This document shows positions 15,346-18,910 of a stretch of 18,910 nucleotides of DNA, one piece after another. The notes beneath the pieces are model-generated. The model was given only the letters and a program-made list of their open reading frames with translations. It had not been told where the DNA came from and made no database searches. The stretch comes from Thermofilaceae archaeon. Its GTDB lineage: Archaea; Thermoproteota; Thermoprotei; Thermofilales; Thermofilaceae. The translations under genes and the position numbers were made by a program. The number at the start of each line of letters is the position of its first letter. Position 1 is the first letter of the stretch. Location: contig JAVYWK010000033.1 of NCBI GenBank assembly GCA_038727095.1, positions 1 to 18,910 on the forward strand. The letters are read 5' to 3'.

Positions 15346-16431
15346 ATGACTGTGGATTCAAGGGAGAGAGTCTACAGGCTTTTGAGCTTCGAGGAGGCTG
15401 ACAGGGTGGCTCTTATCGACTTCCCGTGGCCGGAGACCATCGACAGGTGGAGGGTTGAGGGTTTACCCAGAACGGCTTCGATACACAGGTTCTTCGGCTT
15501 CGACATCTACCTCGTGGGCATCGATGTCTCCCCCAAGTTCGACCCTATCGTGCTCGAGGAAGCTGATGAGTGGGTGGTTTACCGGGACTCCTACGGGGTT
15601 GTCACCAAGTCGTGGAGGGGGAGGAGTGGGACGCCGATGCCGGTCGAGCCTGCAATCAGAACTTTGGAGGACTTCAAGGAGTACATCGAACCCATGCTGG
15701 ACCCCGAGCTCCCCTTCCGCGCCACGAGCAGCCGCTACCCCTTCCGGGAAGATCTGGAGAAGGCCATCAAGAGGCTCCAGCAGGAGTTCTTCGTCGCAGC
15801 CAGCATCTTCGGCCCCTTCGAGTACGTGAGGCACATCGTGGGTGAGGGGGTGAACAGCGTTCTACGCCTCGTCTACCGCGATCCCGCCATGCTCGACTAC
15901 ATATTCGATAGGGTCGGCAGGTTCCTAGCCCGGGTGGCTGATACGTTTGAGGAGTTAGGGGCGGACGGAGTGTGGGTTTGGGATGATCTAGCCTACAGGA
16001 ATGGCCCCTTCATCTCCCCCCAGCACTACAGGCGCTTCGTAAAGCCCCAGCACGAACGCATCCTGCACCCGTTTAGAAGGAGGAATAAGCCGGCGATCCT
16101 CCACACCGATGGTAACGTGAAGCTGCTGATACCTGAATTCATTGATTCTGGCTTCACAGCCCTTCAACCCTTGGAGGTGAAAGCCGGGATGGACGTGAGG
16201 GAGCTCAAGGAGCTCTACGGTGATAAACTCGCGTTTATCGGCAACATCGACGCTCGGGTACTATCGAAAGACAGGGAGAGCATCAGGAGGGAAGTGGAGT
16301 CGAAAGTACCTTTTGCAGCTAAGGGTGGCGGCTATGTAGCGGGCTCCGACCACTCCGTCCCACCTGATGTCTCGCTGAGCAACTACCTCTACTTCGTTCA
16401 GCTCGTGAAAGAGATAGAGCGCTATCACTAG
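15346..16431 (+). CDS. URO-D / MtaA-CmuA fold protein of unknown function
   Basis: SRERV...EEADRV, DSYGV, GPFE, WDDLAYRNGPFISP, LHTDGN, LKELYGDKLAFIGNID and GGGYVAGSDHSVPPDV. ATG at 15346 (TTG at 15343 is the alternative). Confidence 0.88.
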   Translation: MTVDSRERVYRLLSFEEADRVALIDFPWPETIDRWRVEGLPRTASIHRFFGFDIYLVGIDVSPKFDPIVLEEADEWVVYRDSYGVVTKSWRGRSGTPMPVEPAIRTLEDFKEYIEPMLDPELPFRATSSRYPFREDLEKAIKRLQQEFFVAASIFGPFEYVRHIVGEGVNSVLRLVYRDPAMLDYIFDRVGRFLARVADTFEELGADGVWVWDDLAYRNGPFISPQHYRRFVKPQHERILHPFRRRNKPAILHTDGNVKLLIPEFIDSGFTALQPLEVKAGMDVRELKELYGDKLAFIGNIDARVLSKDRESIRREVESKVPFAAKGGGYVAGSDHSVPPDVSLSNYLYFVQLVKEIERYH

Positions 16432-16576
16432 CCCAAGCACCCGTAAGCTGGCGGGACCATTAGGCTCAAGCCTGCCTGTTAGCAATCCCTCTGTTTTCGG
16501 GTCGCGTTGAATCACACACTAAACGGTGAGGGAAACCGTTACCCATCCCGCTGCAGGTTATGGACGCGCTTACCTT

Positions 16577-16620
16577 GTTTTGCAAAACGCTAAATATTTT
16601 CATGATGTAATGTATTGTAC
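16577..16620 (+). promoter_or_regulatory. vapBC promoter/operator: palindrome GTTTTGCAAAAC, TATA-like TAAATAT and three TGTAN repeats
   Basis: Perfect 12-bp palindrome at 16577-16588; TAAATAT at 16591-16597 (24-30 bp upstream of GTG 16621); TGTAA-TGTAT-TGTAC at 16606-16620. Confidence 0.55.
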
Positions 16621-16845
16621 GTGAAGACGATTACGATTAGCGATGAAGTCTACTACAAGCTTGTTGCGCTAAAAGGGGATAGGAGCTTCACCGAGGTGAT
16701 AGACGAGCTCATAAAATCATACGTTAAAAGCAGGATTCAGATGATCGTCACTCTCTCACGCAGAGAAGCTCCCCGGGAGCTCGAGGAGGCGGTAAAACTG
16801 GTGAGGGAGGGCTTCAAGGCGAGGCTCGTTGAAGCTACTCCTTGA
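16621..16845 (+). CDS. vapB: VapB-type antitoxin (archaeal DUF217-like)
   Basis: KTITISDEVYYKLVALKGDRSFTEVIDELI pattern; its 3' end overlaps a PIN-domain start. GTG at 16621 is preferred over TTG at 16615. Confidence 0.88.
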   Translation: MKTITISDEVYYKLVALKGDRSFTEVIDELIKSYVKSRIQMIVTLSRREAPRELEEAVKLVREGFKARLVEATP

Positions 16846-17208
16846 CACGTCTTTCATCCTCGAACTGAGAAAGGGCAGCAAAGTAGCGGAAAGCAAGCTT
16901 ACGGAGCCAGCCGACAGAGTCTCAGATGTAGGAGTATGGTGCTTTCCCTATACGAGCTGCATCTAGGTCATCCCTATATTTTCTGAGGACGGGAAGCGTC
17001 AGCGAGCGGGTCTGGCTTGAAAGCTTCTTGAGCTGGGGGTTCGGGCTTTTAAGCCCCCATACCCGCTGAGCGCCGTGGCCGGCCTACCGCGGAGAGGGTC
17101 GATCCACTACCTGGGGCACTCCTCCTGACGTTCGACGGCGACCATGAAGCAGCTAAGCAGTGTTCATCCCGCTACGACGTGGAAGTCTTGTACCTTGAGA
17201 AGCAATAG
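16829..17208 (+). pseudogene. vapC: Frameshifted VapC (PIN-domain toxin) remnant
   Basis: TTG at 16829 gives MKLLLDTSFILELRKG...DVGV, stopping at 16964-16966. A shifted frame from 16939 gives VLSLYELHLG (stop 16984-16986). Another shift from 16983 gives LRTGSVSERVWLESFLSW. The tail from 17113 reads GALLLTFDGDHEAAK...DVEVLYLEKQ, stopping at 17206-17208. Confidence 0.85.
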
Positions 17209-18082
17209 CTTTCCTTGACGCCAAATGTGTACCATCGCATGACACGCCACGATCGATGAGGTCTCGGAAGCCCTCCCTGCAGGGCGCGAAGGTTAGGCCA
17301 AACTTGTGCGCAACCTCTCTCACCGTTTTCATCAATCGGTACCTGTAGCTTTCAGGCGCGTACATGTAACCGTGTATGCGCTCACCCCCTTCAACGTACA
17401 TACCCCTCAGCCTTGGGATCATGTCTGGGAATGCCTTTGAAAGCCTCCTCAGACTGTCCGGCTTGGCCTTGTAAGTGCTGCTTACAACGTGCTGAGCGCC
17501 TGCAGCTGCAGCAGCCTCCAAAACCTCCCTTATCGCCTCGGGGTGATCGTTTAAGCCGGGGAGAAGAGGATCGAGTCTTACAACGACCGGTATCCCCCTT
17601 TTCGATAGCTCATCGATCGCTCTCAGCCTCCGATCAGGCGAGGGAGCGTGCGGCTCTAACCTGGCTGCTAAGGCTCTATCGAGGGTCGTGATCGTTATTG
17701 AGACTACGCTGGGACCCCTAGCCAGCAGGTCCGCATCCCGCACGACGAGGTCGGACTTCGTGACGATCTCAACGACGTAATCGCCCGCGATGAGCTCCAA
17801 CAGCCTCCTGGTGTAGCCGTACTCTGCCTCGAGGGGCCCGTACGGGTCGCTACTGCTGGAGATGTTGATGATAGAGCTCTCCGGCACTCTTCTGAGATCC
17901 CTCGCTACCACCTTTATGAAGTCCGCTTTAGGCCTCGGCTCGAAGAACCTCCTGATGTAGCTGCTAGCGTAGCAGTAGAGGCAGCCGTGAGCGCAGCCTG
18001 TGTAGGGGTTCACCGTGTACTTGAAGGGGCAAGTACACAAGCTAGTTGCCCGCCAGGGATCGAACGGCTTCAGGTAGCTCAT
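17153..18082 (-). CDS. Radical SAM protein, SplB (spore photoproduct lyase)-like family
   Basis: NPYTGCAHGCLYCYA (CxxxCxxC), SSSSDPY, IVTKSDLVVRD, LEPHAPSPDRRL and RLDPLLPGLND. Start moved from 18247 to ATG 18082 (MSYLKPFDPW), which removes the overlap with sfsA and fits the TATA spacing. Confidence 0.9.
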   Translation of the reverse strand: MSYLKPFDPWRATSLCTCPFKYTVNPYTGCAHGCLYCYASSYIRRFFEPRPKADFIKVVARDLRRVPESSIINISSSSDPYGPLEAEYGYTRRLLELIAGDYVVEIVTKSDLVVRDADLLARGPSVVSITITTLDRALAARLEPHAPSPDRRLRAIDELSKRGIPVVVRLDPLLPGLNDHPEAIREVLEAAAAAGAQHVVSSTYKAKPDSLRRLSKAFPDMIPRLRGMYVEGGERIHGYMYAPESYRYRLMKTVREVAHKFGLTFAPCREGFRDLIDRGVSCDGTHLASRKAIASQGTRLPRRSGMNTA

Positions 18083-18105
18083 CTCCACCCAACTGGCAGC
18101 AGCGG

Positions 18106-18111
18106 TTTTAA
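18106..18111. promoter_or_regulatory. Candidate bidirectional TATA element (TTTTAA on plus, TTAAAA on minus)
   Basis: The only AT-rich hexamer in the 52-bp spacer 18083-18134; it is 24-29 bp from both start codons. Confidence 0.6.
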
Positions 18112-18134
18112 GTGCGTAGCTTCGCTGTACCGGA

Positions 18135-18827
18135 GTGCTGCTCAGTTTGCCCCGGCCGGTGGAGGGGAGGATAGCTAGGAGGGTGAACAGGTTCGTGGTG
18201 GAAGTGGTTGTAGGGGGGCTTGTTGAACGGGCGTACATCAACAACACCGGTCGGCTGTCCGAACTTCTAGTAACGGGGAGGAAGTGCTACTGCCTGCCTA
18301 AAAGCGGGGGTTCGACGAGCCTGAGGTTGATCGCTGTCGACGACGGAGTTGGAGCGGCTCTCATCGACACGGCGATTCAGATGAAGGCCTTCGAAAAGGC
18401 CCTTCAAGCGAGAGCGCTGCCGTGGGCCCCCTGCAGCATTATCTCTAGGAACCCGAGGCTGGGGCGTTCTGTTCTGGATTACCTCCTGGACTGCCGCGGC
18501 GAACCGGTATACGTCGAGCTTAAGAGCGCGGTGCTCCGAGACGGTTTTTACGCAGCCTACCCCGACTGTCCAACGGCGCGGGGGAGGAGGCACGTGATCG
18601 AGCTGGCAGAGTACGCTGAGAGGGGCGGCAAGTCGCTCATCGTCTTTATCGCGGCTCTGCGGGAGGTGAGAGCGTTTAGACCCTACGAGAGGGGCGACCC
18701 TGAGATGCCGAATCTGTTGAGGAGAGCCGCGTCCGCTGGGGTCGAGATCAGGGCATTATCGATGCACTACGATCCCGCTTCCTCCCTCGTCGTGCTCGAC
18801 AACCCGGATCTGCCGGTGATCCTCTAG
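18135..18827 (+). CDS. sfsA: SfsA family protein (OB fold + PD-(D/E)XK nuclease-like domain)
   Basis: RRVNRF, NNTGRLSELL, VLDYLL, YVELKS, YPDCPTARGRRHVIEL and FRP...GDP. Confidence 0.93.
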   Translation: MLLSLPRPVEGRIARRVNRFVVEVVVGGLVERAYINNTGRLSELLVTGRKCYCLPKSGGSTSLRLIAVDDGVGAALIDTAIQMKAFEKALQARALPWAPCSIISRNPRLGRSVLDYLLDCRGEPVYVELKSAVLRDGFYAAYPDCPTARGRRHVIELAEYAERGGKSLIVFIAALREVRAFRPYERGDPEMPNLLRRAASAGVEIRALSMHYDPASSLVVLDNPDLPVIL

Positions 18828-18910
18828 CTCTGCTGTGGTACATAGGTTTAGCAAGAACTAGATAACAAATGCTGAAAAGGGGCTCTCAATGCAACTTGAA
18901 AAATGCGAGG

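Noticed and set aside
18083-18247. N-terminal 55 codons of the ORF-track radical SAM protein
   Set aside because: Mostly antisense to sfsA, Thr/Ser-rich shadow sequence spanning the promoter. ATG at 18082 is the better start.
18828-18910. AT-richer tail that might be a CRISPR leader or the start of a next gene (ATG at 18889)
   Set aside because: Only 83 bp, with no repeats and no recognisable coding motif before the window ends.
1-18910. CRISPR arrays, tRNA/rRNA genes, transposases, integrases, inteins
   Set aside because: No regularly spaced repeats, cloverleaf or T-loop motifs in the spacers, and no recombinase or intein motifs were seen by eye. Small C/D-box RNAs cannot be excluded without a covariance-model search.

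Overview
Gene-dense, GC-rich archaeal chromosomal segment. The archaeal call is an inference from TATA boxes about 22-30 bp upstream of start codons (leaderless genes), many GTG/TTG starts, ATGA/TGATG gene overlaps and oligo-T terminators. The gene set suggests an anaerobic thermophile, possibly Thermofilaceae-like Thermoproteota. Left to right: a NatAB-like ABC-2 exporter (permease cut off at the window edge); a stand-alone superoxide reductase; a five-gene minus-strand module (duplicated-unit ~7TM protein, small winged-helix protein, membrane-anchored Ig-repeat surface protein, ABC ATPase, ABC permease); endonuclease III divergent from a PHP hydrolase + MFS operon; a GHL10-like hydrolase + ThiF/MoeB operon; a BioD-like P-loop NTPase; GH4 glycosidase, amidohydrolase and a non-canonical URO-D-fold protein; an intact vapB followed by a frameshifted vapC remnant missing from the ORF track; and an SplB-like radical SAM gene divergent from sfsA with one exactly centred TATA element. 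No rRNA, tRNA, CRISPR array or IS element was seen. The best candidate for an undescribed system is the 7TM + wHTH pair, with a palindrome upstream of the surface-protein/ABC operon, as a kinase-free transmembrane signalling module. All family assignments come from motif recognition, not database searches.
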